64,000 nucleotides of DNA, from positions 13,468 through 77,467 of the IMG/VR virus record IMGVR_UViG_3300035145_003920; one strand, written 5' to 3'. Both the position numbers and the translations under genes were made by a program. This DNA comes from a virus. The notes below the pieces were generated by a model. The model did no database searches. It was given only the letters and a program-made list of their open reading frames with translations, and had not been told where the DNA came from. Of the stretch, positions 19,844-29,781 are shown piece after piece. Each line of letters opens with the position of its first letter. Positions within the stretch are counted from its first letter, which is position 1.

Positions 19844-22099
19844 TTATTCTGGAAATACTGCTCCTGTTGGTAATACATTGAAATCTAGCATAATAAATTC
19901 AGCTGTTCTAGTTGGTTGGATATAAATCTGACCTACTAATTGATTTCTATCAATTACATCTGGAGTATTGTTAGTATCATCCATTACTACTTTAAATGCG
20001 TACAATCCTTGTCTTTGTTGTACTGATTCTAAGTAAGGATTAACTTGACCTAAGAATATATTTCTTGTAGCAATTGTATTTTGTTCAAATACTAAGTTAT
20101 CAGCTACTTGAGAGATAAAGCTCTTAAGTTGAATTAATAATCTTCTTACATTTACTCTATCTAATGCACTAGCTCTTTTCTGTAGTGTTTTCTGACCAAA
20201 TACTACAACTCCAGTTCCTGGGAATGTAGCAATTGGGTTGATATTAGCTTCGTATAATGAATCTCTATTTGTTGTAGTTAATTTTCTTTCTGCTTTAGTT
20301 ACATTACCAAGAGCACCTCTTGTTAATCCAGCAGGAGCAAACCAAGCATCACTTGATCTATCAGTAAATGCATATACTCCTGGAATCATTGTTGAAGCAG
20401 GTACCCAAACAACTTGTCCAATATTTGGATCAACTGTTTGTAACCATGGCCAGTAAGTAGCAGCATATGAACTATCGAATGCAGCAGCATTACCAATCAT
20501 TGTACCAATGTTTGTTCCGTATCCATCTAAATCAATTACTGCGATACAATCTTGACGAGTTTCTGCAGTGCTAACTAATAAAGTAACTGCTGTACTGTGA
20601 TCTGAATTATTTAATCCAGGTGCAGTTAATAAATTAAATCTATAATCATCTTTATTTGATAATAATTGGATTGATGCTGTATAATCTAATTGATTTAAAC
20701 CTTGAACATCACTACCAATTGCATCATAGAATTTAGCATTTGCTCCAAATAATTTACCTTCACCTCCAGTAAATGAACCTGAAGAAATTAATGGTAAGCT
20801 TGCAGTAAATTCTGATTTAGCATCACCTGCATTATCAAAATAATCTGGTGTTTTATAATTTACAGCAGATACTCTTACATATTTACTTCTGTTAATATAT
20901 TCACCTTGAGAACGTACATATGAATCTGTACCATCTTCTACGATTGAGTAACTTGTGTTACCAATTACTTTTTCTACGTAATTTGGTGATTTTGGATCTA
21001 ATGATAAATTAGACCAAGTTTCTAATATTGATTTGTTTCTATGGCTATCATTTCCTCTTCTAACTAATAAGCTAAATGTACCTGAACCTGTGTTTCTTGA
21101 AGCAATTTCCCATCTTACATTATCTACTGAACCACTAGCTAAAGCTCCATTTGAGAATGAAGATCCTGAGTTGTTCATCATTTCACCTTCTGATAGAGTA
21201 GTTAATACGAAAGGAACTCCGTTAATAACATCTCCAGCTCCTAAAGCACTATATGATAAATCACTTGCACTTCCAATTTGTCCACCTGCTACACTTAATA
21301 CTTCTCCAACAGCATATCCACTTCCTCCTGAAACTACTGAAGTTGAAGTAACTTCTACAAATAAATCAGAAGATTGTAATGTAACTATTGAAGCTGTATT
21401 ACCACCAATTATATCTGAACCAATTGTTAATGTATCTCCTGCAGCATATCCACTACCTGTAGAAGTTGCTGTGATTGAAGTTACAGCACTTTCAGATACT
21501 ACTACATTTAATACAGCACCTGTTCCACTACCATTTGTACTTGGGGATAAAGAATAAGTATTATCAACAGCGTCTGATGAGTTTGATGAGATTGATGAAG
21601 TTAAAGCATCAAGTCCACCTAATAATTTACCATTACCATTACTAGTAACAATAGTTAATGAAGCACCTTCTCCACTTAATGAACCAGTTGGAGTAACTGT
21701 ATAAGAACTAGCTGCTCCTCCTTCTCCTCCGCTACCAACGGATAATGAAGCACCAGTATCAAGAACTCCACTTTCTGCTTCGTTGTACATTCTATCTGAA
21801 GATGCACCTTGGAATGAACCAGATACAACTCTAGTTACTAATAACGATTCCCCACCTTGAGAGAAATAATTGTTAGCTGAAATAGACGTTAAATATGTGT
21901 ATTCAGAAGATCCACTAGTAACTGCTCCACCGAAAACTGCTTGATATTCACTAAATGAAGTTACTAATGTAGGAATACCAACAGGACCTTTAGCAGCAGG
22001 TCCAACGATAGCAGCTCCTGCTTCTACGGGTTGACCTTGAATAAAAGATTGGTCGTTTTCGCGAGCCAATACACCAGGTGAGATTAATGTTTCTGCCAT
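19844..22099 (-). CDS. Contractile tail sheath (gp18-like) with G/S/T-rich insertion
   Basis: SPGV..END, WFAPAG..RG, INPIATF, GQKTL, RVNVRRL, QPTRTAEFI. Confidence 0.96.
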   Translation of the reverse strand: MAETLISPGVLARENDQSFIQGQPVEAGAAIVGPAAKGPVGIPTLVTSFSEYQAVFGGAVTSGSSEYTYLTSISANNYFSQGGESLLVTRVVSGSFQGASSDRMYNEAESGVLDTGASLSVGSGGEGGAASSYTVTPTGSLSGEGASLTIVTSNGNGKLLGGLDALTSSISSNSSDAVDNTYSLSPSTNGSGTGAVLNVVVSESAVTSITATSTGSGYAAGDTLTIGSDIIGGNTASIVTLQSSDLFVEVTSTSVVSGGSGYAVGEVLSVAGGQIGSASDLSYSALGAGDVINGVPFVLTTLSEGEMMNNSGSSFSNGALASGSVDNVRWEIASRNTGSGTFSLLVRRGNDSHRNKSILETWSNLSLDPKSPNYVEKVIGNTSYSIVEDGTDSYVRSQGEYINRSKYVRVSAVNYKTPDYFDNAGDAKSEFTASLPLISSGSFTGGEGKLFGANAKFYDAIGSDVQGLNQLDYTASIQLLSNKDDYRFNLLTAPGLNNSDHSTAVTLLVSTAETRQDCIAVIDLDGYGTNIGTMIGNAAAFDSSYAATYWPWLQTVDPNIGQVVWVPASTMIPGVYAFTDRSSDAWFAPAGLTRGALGNVTKAERKLTTTNRDSLYEANINPIATFPGTGVVVFGQKTLQKRASALDRVNVRRLLIQLKSFISQVADNLVFEQNTIATRNIFLGQVNPYLESVQQRQGLYAFKVVMDDTNNTPDVIDRNQLVGQIYIQPTRTAEFIMLDFNVLPTGAVFPE

Positions 22100-22154
22100 T
22101 TTATATGTTTAATTTATTTATTTATTTATAAATATTAAAAAATTCTTTAAAGAA

Positions 22155-22406
22155 CTAAGAGGTTTTTGAACTATCTAAATTTTCTGGTTCAATTGGGGTA
22201 ATTTCTCCAGTACTCAAGTTTATTTTACCATCTCCATACTTTTTAGTTAAATCACTACCCAATTCATTTTGCTGTTGCGCCAGCTCTCGATATTGATCAA
22301 CTAAACCAATTTTTTGTAATTCTAATTCTCCAATCGCAAATATAATTTCATTACTTATTTGTTGATTAGATTGTACTTTTTGCAACTCTTCTTTAGACAA
22401 CTTCAT
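22155..22406 (-). CDS. Small coiled-coil late protein
   Basis: Late motif 11 nt upstream; KYGDGKINLSTGEI. Confidence 0.75.
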   Translation of the reverse strand: MKLSKEELQKVQSNQQISNEIIFAIGELELQKIGLVDQYRELAQQQNELGSDLTKKYGDGKINLSTGEITPIEPENLDSSKTS

Positions 22407-22435
22407 ACTTTCTTTTGTTATAAATATATATAGGT

Positions 22436-23524
22436 TTATTTAAATTCCAATAGTTTAACTAGTGTTTTGAATACTTTTTGAGGTGTAATTACTTTATGGC
22501 AAATATGTTGTAAAGGTGTATTTTTATTTTCAGGACACCAATTCCAATCTCCTTTATCAAATTGATAATTTTTATTTACCCAACAATTATTACATACAGA
22601 ATAGTCTTCTACTTTAGTTAAACCTTGTGTAAATTCATACCCATAGGGTATAAAATTATTTATCATTAGTGTAGGTTTTCCTACAGCCCAATTAAACCAA
22701 GATAACCCTGAACCTAATCCTATAAAATATTCTGCATGGTATAGGTAGTTATAGGTATTTTCCCAATTTAATTTGGGTTTGTTTATGATATTTTTTTTAT
22801 TATGGTCTTCATAGGATATATCTACTACTTTATATCCTTTATCATTTAACATTCCTGCTAATTCTTCCCAGTAATTATAAGGCCATTCTTTTAATCCCGC
22901 AGTTGAATGTGGTCCTATACAAATGTATTTTTCTTTTAATGGTCTTTCTTTAGGTTTGAAATCAATACCATGGTTTATTTCTTTATAAGGCAAATTTAAT
23001 ATATCAGTAGCTGCCTGGATTAATGGGATAGTATTTGGTTTATTTGGGTGATAAGAACCTTCATCCCATGTATCATTAGTTATAAACCACCCTATTTCAA
23101 AACAAGCATAGTAATCTCCACCTTCCCCAGGTTCAACTAAATTAATATCTTTATATTTAGGTAAATTTTTAAACCATTCATTATGAAAAGTAGATAAAGA
23201 AACTTTACATTTATATTTTTTAGCAAATTCAATTGCTTGAGGAGCCCATGCTAATGTATCTCCTATTGATTTTGATGATAATGATATTCTAATATGTTTG
23301 CCTTTAGGATTAAATTTATGAACTATTTTATTATTAACTTTAATTACCCAAGGAGTATGCCATTTTTGACTACATTTACTCCACATATTATTTTGGATAT
23401 TAGTAGAGTATACAAGTTTATTAGTTTTAGAATCAATAAACTCAACAAAATAGTTTTGTTTAACATCCCCTATTACTTCTACTTTAGGAGCATAATCAAA
23501 AGAAATTTTTATTTTATTTTTCAT
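22436..23524 (-). CDS. Aah/TibC-like (autotransporter O-heptosyltransferase family) protein glycosyltransferase
   Basis: SKSIGDTLAW, FIGLGSGLSW, C-terminal CNNCW..WNWCP..C metal-finger cysteines. Confidence 0.75.
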   Translation of the reverse strand: MKNKIKISFDYAPKVEVIGDVKQNYFVEFIDSKTNKLVYSTNIQNNMWSKCSQKWHTPWVIKVNNKIVHKFNPKGKHIRISLSSKSIGDTLAWAPQAIEFAKKYKCKVSLSTFHNEWFKNLPKYKDINLVEPGEGGDYYACFEIGWFITNDTWDEGSYHPNKPNTIPLIQAATDILNLPYKEINHGIDFKPKERPLKEKYICIGPHSTAGLKEWPYNYWEELAGMLNDKGYKVVDISYEDHNKKNIINKPKLNWENTYNYLYHAEYFIGLGSGLSWFNWAVGKPTLMINNFIPYGYEFTQGLTKVEDYSVCNNCWVNKNYQFDKGDWNWCPENKNTPLQHICHKVITPQKVFKTLVKLLEFK

Positions 23525-24593
23525 TTAATAATGATTCATAAAATTTAATATGGTTATTAGCAAATTCACTAACTGAATTAGTAATATTTTTAGAATTATA
23601 TTTAATAGGTGAATGTATTGTTTCTATTAAATTATTTTTATCAGTAAATAAATTACCTGTTAATGGTGTAATAAAAGGAGTATATTCATCTCCATAATGA
23701 TCTAAGTTATAAGCCATTATCTTAATATTATTTGAAATAGCTTCTTTTAATACTATTGGATTACATTCCCAATTAGAAGTAAATAACATTAAATCTGACA
23801 TTTTAAAGAAAATATCTGTATCATTTCTTTCTCCCCAAATTAAAACATTAGGAGGAAATTCTTTCATTAATGGTTCCCAATATTTTTTAAAGTTAGGAGC
23901 TTGGTTACCTACAAAATGAAAAATATAAGTGTGTCCATATTTCTCATATAAGTTTTTTGCTATTTCTAAAGCATATCCTTGATTTTTTCCTGGGGTCCAT
24001 AATCCTATATTTACTATATGGTATTCACCTTTTAATAAATAACCTTTTTCAGTTAATATTTCATTCCTTGTTTTAGATGATTGTATAAGAGGATCAATTG
24101 GGAATGTAATTAAACTTTTTTTACCTTTTTGGTCTTTGAAAGTGTTTTCTATATGATGAGGTGTAACACAAGCATATCCATCAGGCTCATGTAATTTTCT
24201 TTCTGTAGGATTAAAATAAATATTATGACAAGTTTCTACTACTTTCCAAGGATGTTTTTTATCATATAATTCTTTTTGCAGCTTAGGATCAAATGAATTA
24301 CCTGGGTCAAATCCTTCTGGAATTTCTTCTATGTGGATAATATTAATATCTTTTTCATAACAAAGATTTATAATACCTTTTTGAGCATTTTTATTTCCTA
24401 AAAAGCTATAAAAATTTTCTCCTAATAATTTTTGAATTTGTTTTCTTTGAACAACATAATCATTGCTGTAGCACTTCCATTCAACTACATAAACTTCCCA
24501 ATCAGTATGTTGTTGTATTGCCTCAATACGTTTTAATAAAAACGCGGGCATTCCTCCTGTGCTTAAATGTGGTGCTATAAATAAAACTTTCAT
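23514..24593 (-). CDS. GT-B glycosyltransferase (GT4-like)
   Basis: APHLSTGGMP, NIGLWTPGKNQ, FTSNWECNPIVLKEA. Confidence 0.85.
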   Translation of the reverse strand: MKVLFIAPHLSTGGMPAFLLKRIEAIQQHTDWEVYVVEWKCYSNDYVVQRKQIQKLLGENFYSFLGNKNAQKGIINLCYEKDINIIHIEEIPEGFDPGNSFDPKLQKELYDKKHPWKVVETCHNIYFNPTERKLHEPDGYACVTPHHIENTFKDQKGKKSLITFPIDPLIQSSKTRNEILTEKGYLLKGEYHIVNIGLWTPGKNQGYALEIAKNLYEKYGHTYIFHFVGNQAPNFKKYWEPLMKEFPPNVLIWGERNDTDIFFKMSDLMLFTSNWECNPIVLKEAISNNIKIMAYNLDHYGDEYTPFITPLTGNLFTDKNNLIETIHSPIKYNSKNITNSVSEFANNHIKFYESLLNEK

Positions 24594-24626
24594 TGTATGA
24601 TAATATAAAAACCCTAATTTAAATTA

Positions 24627-25511
24627 TCACGGAACATCATTAATATTCCCTGTTGTTTCTGAGGTAATAGTAATTTTAGATTTTGAATTAAACTTTTTAA
24701 TTGCATTTAAATCTTTTTGTATTACATCAGGTACAATATAACCTCTTAAATTTATATTAAATGTACCTTTTACTAATCTATCTTTATCAGCTGTTATTTC
24801 TACTGCTGTTGTAAACTGATCAATACGAGTATTGAATTTAAATCTTTCAGGATCACCCCAATATGAATCAGAAGCATATTCTACTGCTTCAATTACTTTA
24901 TTTAATTGTTCCATATAATATGTCTGTATAATACAACTATAAGTTATATTAAGATAATCAGGAACAACTACAGCATTAAATTCTTTAGTAGCAATTCTAT
25001 TATTTAATAAATTAAAATTATTATAAGTATTTTTCTTATTAAATGCCTTTTGAAATCCTGCATATAAATTAGCATTAGGTGAGTTAGCATCTAATTTATT
25101 ATATAATGTTCTATCTTTTGCAATAGTATCTCTTTTAATTACAATAATAGGTAACATTACAGATCCACCTTTATCTCTATAAAATCCATCTCTTTGAAAT
25201 GATTTCCATCTTTCAGGATTACCGTAGATAATAGGAACTGATCTTCTTTCACCATTTTGATATACAAATGGTTTTATAACATTATTAAAATAATAAAATA
25301 CTGCTTCATCAATATCCTTGATACCAACTGAAAATTGTTTTGAGGTATCTTTCTTTTGACTAATTTTAGTTGATCTATTAAATTCAATTCCAGTTTGAGA
25401 TTTATTTGGATTTAAATCTTTATTAGGATTACCCCTTTTAGTATCAAAAGGCTTAACTAAGCTTTTGCTAATTTCTTCTTGTTTTTTAGGATATGGTTTA
25501 AAATTAGGCAT
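24627..25511 (-). CDS. Tail terminator / sheath stabilizer (gp15-like)
   Basis: VPIIYGNPERW, LPIIVIKR, PDYLNITY; follows neck genes. Confidence 0.65.
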   Translation of the reverse strand: MPNFKPYPKKQEEISKSLVKPFDTKRGNPNKDLNPNKSQTGIEFNRSTKISQKKDTSKQFSVGIKDIDEAVFYYFNNVIKPFVYQNGERRSVPIIYGNPERWKSFQRDGFYRDKGGSVMLPIIVIKRDTIAKDRTLYNKLDANSPNANLYAGFQKAFNKKNTYNNFNLLNNRIATKEFNAVVVPDYLNITYSCIIQTYYMEQLNKVIEAVEYASDSYWGDPERFKFNTRIDQFTTAVEITADKDRLVKGTFNINLRGYIVPDVIQKDLNAIKKFNSKSKITITSETTGNINDVP

Positions 25512-26041
25512 TAAAATCTTTCTTTATAAGGTGAAATAGCTACTTTATCAGCAGGTATTTTATATGTGTTACAAATAATAGATAAATTAACTCCAAAATC
25601 TTCTAATCCAGGATTAAGTGGATTAGGAGTACCATCAGAGTTATTATTAGGATATGATGGGTTTTTACCTACAAAATATTCGTTTGCAACTACTGAATCA
25701 ACACCATAATATGATTTTTGATATAATAAAATATCTCCTACTTCTGGTACTACATTAGCATCTACTAAATCATCTCTTAAAAATGCAAATGATATATTTT
25801 GAGCAAATCCTACCCCTTCATCTACATCAGGGTAAGTTGGATCTTGCCTGTTAATAAGACAATTAAATAAGAAAGGACCATCATAATATTTTTCACCTGA
25901 TGCTTCGCCATACAAATTAACTATAGTTTCCTCTAGTTTATATTTGTAAAAGGCAGCTTGCTGTGTGATAATATCATGTAATAGCTCCCTATTAAGTCCT
26001 CTTATTAAACTCACATCTCGTGAGCGACCAAACATTGCCAT
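25511..26041 (-). CDS. Neck / head-completion protein (gp14-like)
   Basis: NLYGEA, PEVGDIL; synteny. Confidence 0.7.
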   Translation of the reverse strand: MAMFGRSRDVSLIRGLNRELLHDIITQQAAFYKYKLEETIVNLYGEASGEKYYDGPFLFNCLINRQDPTYPDVDEGVGFAQNISFAFLRDDLVDANVVPEVGDILLYQKSYYGVDSVVANEYFVGKNPSYPNNNSDGTPNPLNPGLEDFGVNLSIICNTYKIPADKVAISPYKERF

Positions 26042-26042
26042 A

Positions 26043-27188
26043 CTATCCTATATAAATTGTATACGGAACTTGTTTTAATTCCGTTTGTTTAAATTCTGCT
26101 TCTTGTGCTCGTCTTTCTAATAATGATTTACGAGAAGTTTCATCAAAATATCCTCTTAATCTTTCTATTAATGATGCTTTTTCTGCAGTTCCAGCTGTAA
26201 TTAAATCAGATTGGTTTAATGTTACTTCAGCATTTGGAATTGGGATATTACTATATTTACCTCTTACATATCCTAGCATTTCTTTTGCTAATGCTAATGT
26301 GTATTCAAATATCCATTGTCTTCCTACACTATTAATTTGAGCATAAGTAGGATTAGAATAAGGAGTATTAGATACATTGGTAACATCACCTGGACTGTCA
26401 CTAACACTTCCAGATATTCTTTCTTCTCTTTCAATGTATTCAAACCAGTAATTTCTACTACCTGAAGATGGAACTGGGAATATTCTTAATTTATTGTTTT
26501 TTAATTCAAAGCTATATTGAGATCTACGAACTTGATCATTTAATTCAATTGCTTGAATTGCTTGTAAATCAAAATTTAAAGGCATCATCAAGAAGTTAAT
26601 AGCAGGACTCATACTACCAAATCCAAAACTATCAAACATATTTTGAGTACCAAATCCAGTTCCTACATAAGGATCATAATATCTTGTAATTGCTGGAGAT
26701 GCTTGGTAAAATACTCTTTTAACTTCTATACTACCAGATATACCTTGATCTAATGCCCATTGTGCTAAGTCATAATCTTGTTGACTTGCTGTCATTACAA
26801 ATGAACCAGTGTAATGAGGTACATTTCCTCCACTACCTGCTTCAGCACCATATTGTTCTGTTAATCTTACAATAGGTTCAAAGTTAGGAGTTATAATACT
26901 AGTATTTAAATTACTACCAGTTGATAATCCTTCTAAAGATAATTGATTATCTCTAATAATATGAGCATACAATTCATTTCCATAAGTAGTTACTGCTTCT
27001 TCAAATGCAGTAAAGAAAGAACCTGATTGTAACTCGACGTCTACTAATGGATAACCTAATCTTTGAGCACAGAATTTGGCAACTTTAACTGAATCCGATT
27101 GGAAATCAGTATCATCGTTATAGAAGCCAAAAGGGACTGCTGCTGAATCCCAACTAGGGTTACCATCATATATGGGAATATTAGCCAT
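26043..27188 (-). CDS. Neck protein (gp13-like)
   Basis: RLGYPLVDVEL, WIFEYTLALAKEMLG..RGKY, VTLN. Confidence 0.85.
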   Translation of the reverse strand: MANIPIYDGNPSWDSAAVPFGFYNDDTDFQSDSVKVAKFCAQRLGYPLVDVELQSGSFFTAFEEAVTTYGNELYAHIIRDNQLSLEGLSTGSNLNTSIITPNFEPIVRLTEQYGAEAGSGGNVPHYTGSFVMTASQQDYDLAQWALDQGISGSIEVKRVFYQASPAITRYYDPYVGTGFGTQNMFDSFGFGSMSPAINFLMMPLNFDLQAIQAIELNDQVRRSQYSFELKNNKLRIFPVPSSGSRNYWFEYIEREERISGSVSDSPGDVTNVSNTPYSNPTYAQINSVGRQWIFEYTLALAKEMLGYVRGKYSNIPIPNAEVTLNQSDLITAGTAEKASLIERLRGYFDETSRKSLLERRAQEAEFKQTELKQVPYTIYIG

Positions 27189-27214
27189 ATTTAAATTTTG
27201 TTATAAATATTAAA

Positions 27215-27952
27215 TTAATTTTTATTATTATAAATATAGGAACCTGAGGTAGTTATTGATATACCTTTATCAATAGCATCTTGGTAATACTGTAGTAAGT
27301 CTTCTACAATAGGATCTCTATGATTACTGTGTAAAGTAATAGCTTCTAAGTTTTTAATTTTTCTAGCCGCGGCATATAAAAATTTAAATCCAGATTCAGA
27401 TTTTTTCTTTAAATCTGTTTGATGTTGGTCTCCACAAATCATCATTTTACTTCTTAAACCAATACGAGATGTAATCATTTCCATTTGTTCATGAGTTACG
27501 TTTTGTGCTTCATCAACAATGATCATTGATTCTAGAAATGTTCTACCTCGCATAAATGATACAGGTACAATTTCTATTTTACCATCTTCTATTAGTTTTT
27601 CAATTTTAACCTTATCATATAAGGCAAAGAAGTTTTGATAAATAGGCTGAACCCATGGATCCATTTTTTCTCTTAAATCTCCAGGTAAAAATCCTATTTC
27701 TTCTTTTGATACTGTAGGACGTGTAATGATTATTTTATCATATTGTCTTCTTAAAAGACCATCTAATGCAACATTACATGCTAAAAGTGTTTTTCCACTT
27801 CCAGCCCCACCTGCTAATAAGGTGATTGTATTTTGGAGTATAACTGCTTTCGCTTCTTTTTGTTCTTCATTAAGTTGTAGTTTGAACTTAATTGGATTCT
27901 TTGGAATCCTCTTTGGACGATAAACTTCGTCTGTGTGCGGTTTTGACGCCAT
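27215..27952 (-). CDS. phoH: PhoH-like ATPase
   Basis: GGAGSGKT, IGFLPG, FMRGRTF, DEAQN, GDQHQTD. Confidence 0.95.
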   Translation of the reverse strand: MASKPHTDEVYRPKRIPKNPIKFKLQLNEEQKEAKAVILQNTITLLAGGAGSGKTLLACNVALDGLLRRQYDKIIITRPTVSKEEIGFLPGDLREKMDPWVQPIYQNFFALYDKVKIEKLIEDGKIEIVPVSFMRGRTFLESMIIVDEAQNVTHEQMEMITSRIGLRSKMMICGDQHQTDLKKKSESGFKFLYAAARKIKNLEAITLHSNHRDPIVEDLLQYYQDAIDKGISITTSGSYIYNNKN

Positions 27953-28062
27953 AGACTTATTAAATTAGGGGTTATACAAATGATTAAAGCAAACAGTGAT
28001 AATACGTTAAGATACGGGTAAATTCCAATATAAGTAGATAATGAGATAAGTATAGTACCCAT
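27814..28062 (-). CDS. Possible 82-aa membrane protein overlapping the phoH 5' end
   Basis: ATG 13 nt below a late motif; hydrophobic N-terminal half, basic tail. Confidence 0.3.
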   Translation of the reverse strand: MGTILISLSTYIGIYPYLNVLSLFALIICITPNLISLWRQNRTQTKFIVQRGFQRIQLSSNYNLMKNKKKRKQLYSKIQSPY

Positions 28063-28094
28063 AAAACGTTGTTGGTTATAAATATCCAAAGGAT

Positions 28095-28120
28095 AAAAAA
28101 ACCCGGTCAAAGACCGGGTT
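28095..28120 (-). terminator. Intrinsic terminator after major capsid gene
   Basis: AACCCGGTC-TTT-GACCGGGTT running into a T tract. Confidence 0.9.
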
Positions 28121-28148
28121 AATTTATTAAGAAATGTTTAAATATCTA

Positions 28149-29753
28149 TTAGATAGTATCTAAACCTTCTACTTGGATTAATCCGTAGAATTCTGGTCTT
28201 ACCATTTTCTTAGCGTATCTAGTTAACAATCCTTTTCTTGGAGTGAAAGTATCTGGATCGTATACTAGAGGAGTCATGATTAATGGAATATAAGGAGCAA
28301 ATACAGCACCACTTTCTAAGAATTGAGATCCTCTAAATCCTAATAGGATTTGATTTTCCTTCATGTAAGGGTTTTTGTATACCTTAATTTTTCCACCACC
28401 CATTGCTCCGATCTTTTGTACACCGAATGCATAAGATGATTTTTCTACATCGCCATCTACGTCAGCACCGAATCCTGGAATAGCTTCGATAATTGTAGAT
28501 ACTTTTGGAGATAATACCATAAAGTTAGCACCACCTCTTAAAGTTTTCTGGTGAATTGCGTTACTTAATTTTTGAACTTTAGTTCCTAAAGTTTGGAACC
28601 ACTGTCCTTGAGTATTATAGAATCCTAAATCAGTAGCAAAGTTATTTGCAGAAGACAAATACTTGTTATTGATAGCAGACCATACTTCAGTACCACCAGA
28701 AGCGTTTTCAATTAACATATCTAAGATTTCTAAGTCAATTTCTAATGAAATGTACTCACTTAAGATTGAAGTTAATTCAGCTTCAGCGTCTAAAGCGTGG
28801 TAAGCGTTAAGATCTTGAGCGAACTCAGGAGTCCAAACAGCTTTTAGCTTTCTTGTTTTAGCTACGATAGCAGATGATTTCATCTGTACGTTGATTTCAG
28901 GGATTGAAATTGAAGCAGAGTTAGAAGCGTTTAACGCGTTGTTTCCGTCTTCAAAATCACCTCTTAAGTTATCAAGTGGTTGTAACTGATAAGTTACATC
29001 TACGTCTCCACCGTCAGTAATGTTACCACCATCAACGATGAATACAATATCTCCATCTACATGCTTAGTGAAAGCAGGAATTGATACTACGCTTGAACCT
29101 GATACTAATGAGAATCCTCTTACACCATCTAAGTCAGCGTTAGGTAATGAAGCAGTTTCTACTGAGAATTTCAAGTATGAACCTGAAACTTCGTAGTCTG
29201 AATCATAGTTCATATCTGACCAGTCAGCTGATTGTGAAGTGTGTGTTACAGCTACTGAACCAGTGTTATTGATTGAGTAACCGAATCTTCCCGCTCCGTA
29301 AAGACCACCTGAAGTGTCATTTGAAGCGAATCCTGATACGTCACCGTACATTGACGAACCTTGAGAGAATGGATCCTTATCTGTTCCGTATTGGAAATCT
29401 AGATAGAATACAAGACCTGAAGGTAAGTTCATAGGTTGTACTGAAACGAATTCTTGAGCAGCAATTTGACCAAATACTTTTCTTACTAGTGGAAGAGCTA
29501 CTCCAGCCCATTGCTCACCAGCGTTACCTGATCCAAATACTGACCCACCAATAGAGCTACCTCCACCTGTTTGTGAAGACTCTACTACAAGTTGTTTAGC
29601 TTGGTTTTCAAGGATAATTCCCATGTTATTTTTGGAAGTACCACCTAAACCTTCTAATAAACCTGTTTTTTCCCACTTTTCAGCCAATCTAGCAGCGTCG
29701 CTTTGTACTGAGTGATATGGGTTTGCACTTTCTAATAAAGTTTGTAAACTCAT
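28149..29753 (-). CDS. Major capsid protein (T4 gp23-like)
   Basis: KWEKTGLLEG, SVQPM..PSGLVF, KTRKLKAVWTPE.AQDL.A.H, APYIPL, TRYA. Confidence 0.97.
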   Translation of the reverse strand: MSLQTLLESANPYHSVQSDAARLAEKWEKTGLLEGLGGTSKNNMGIILENQAKQLVVESSQTGGGSSIGGSVFGSGNAGEQWAGVALPLVRKVFGQIAAQEFVSVQPMNLPSGLVFYLDFQYGTDKDPFSQGSSMYGDVSGFASNDTSGGLYGAGRFGYSINNTGSVAVTHTSQSADWSDMNYDSDYEVSGSYLKFSVETASLPNADLDGVRGFSLVSGSSVVSIPAFTKHVDGDIVFIVDGGNITDGGDVDVTYQLQPLDNLRGDFEDGNNALNASNSASISIPEINVQMKSSAIVAKTRKLKAVWTPEFAQDLNAYHALDAEAELTSILSEYISLEIDLEILDMLIENASGGTEVWSAINNKYLSSANNFATDLGFYNTQGQWFQTLGTKVQKLSNAIHQKTLRGGANFMVLSPKVSTIIEAIPGFGADVDGDVEKSSYAFGVQKIGAMGGGKIKVYKNPYMKENQILLGFRGSQFLESGAVFAPYIPLIMTPLVYDPDTFTPRKGLLTRYAKKMVRPEFYGLIQVEGLDTI

Positions 29754-29781
29754 GATTTAAAAGTTTTAAATAGGGTTAAAA

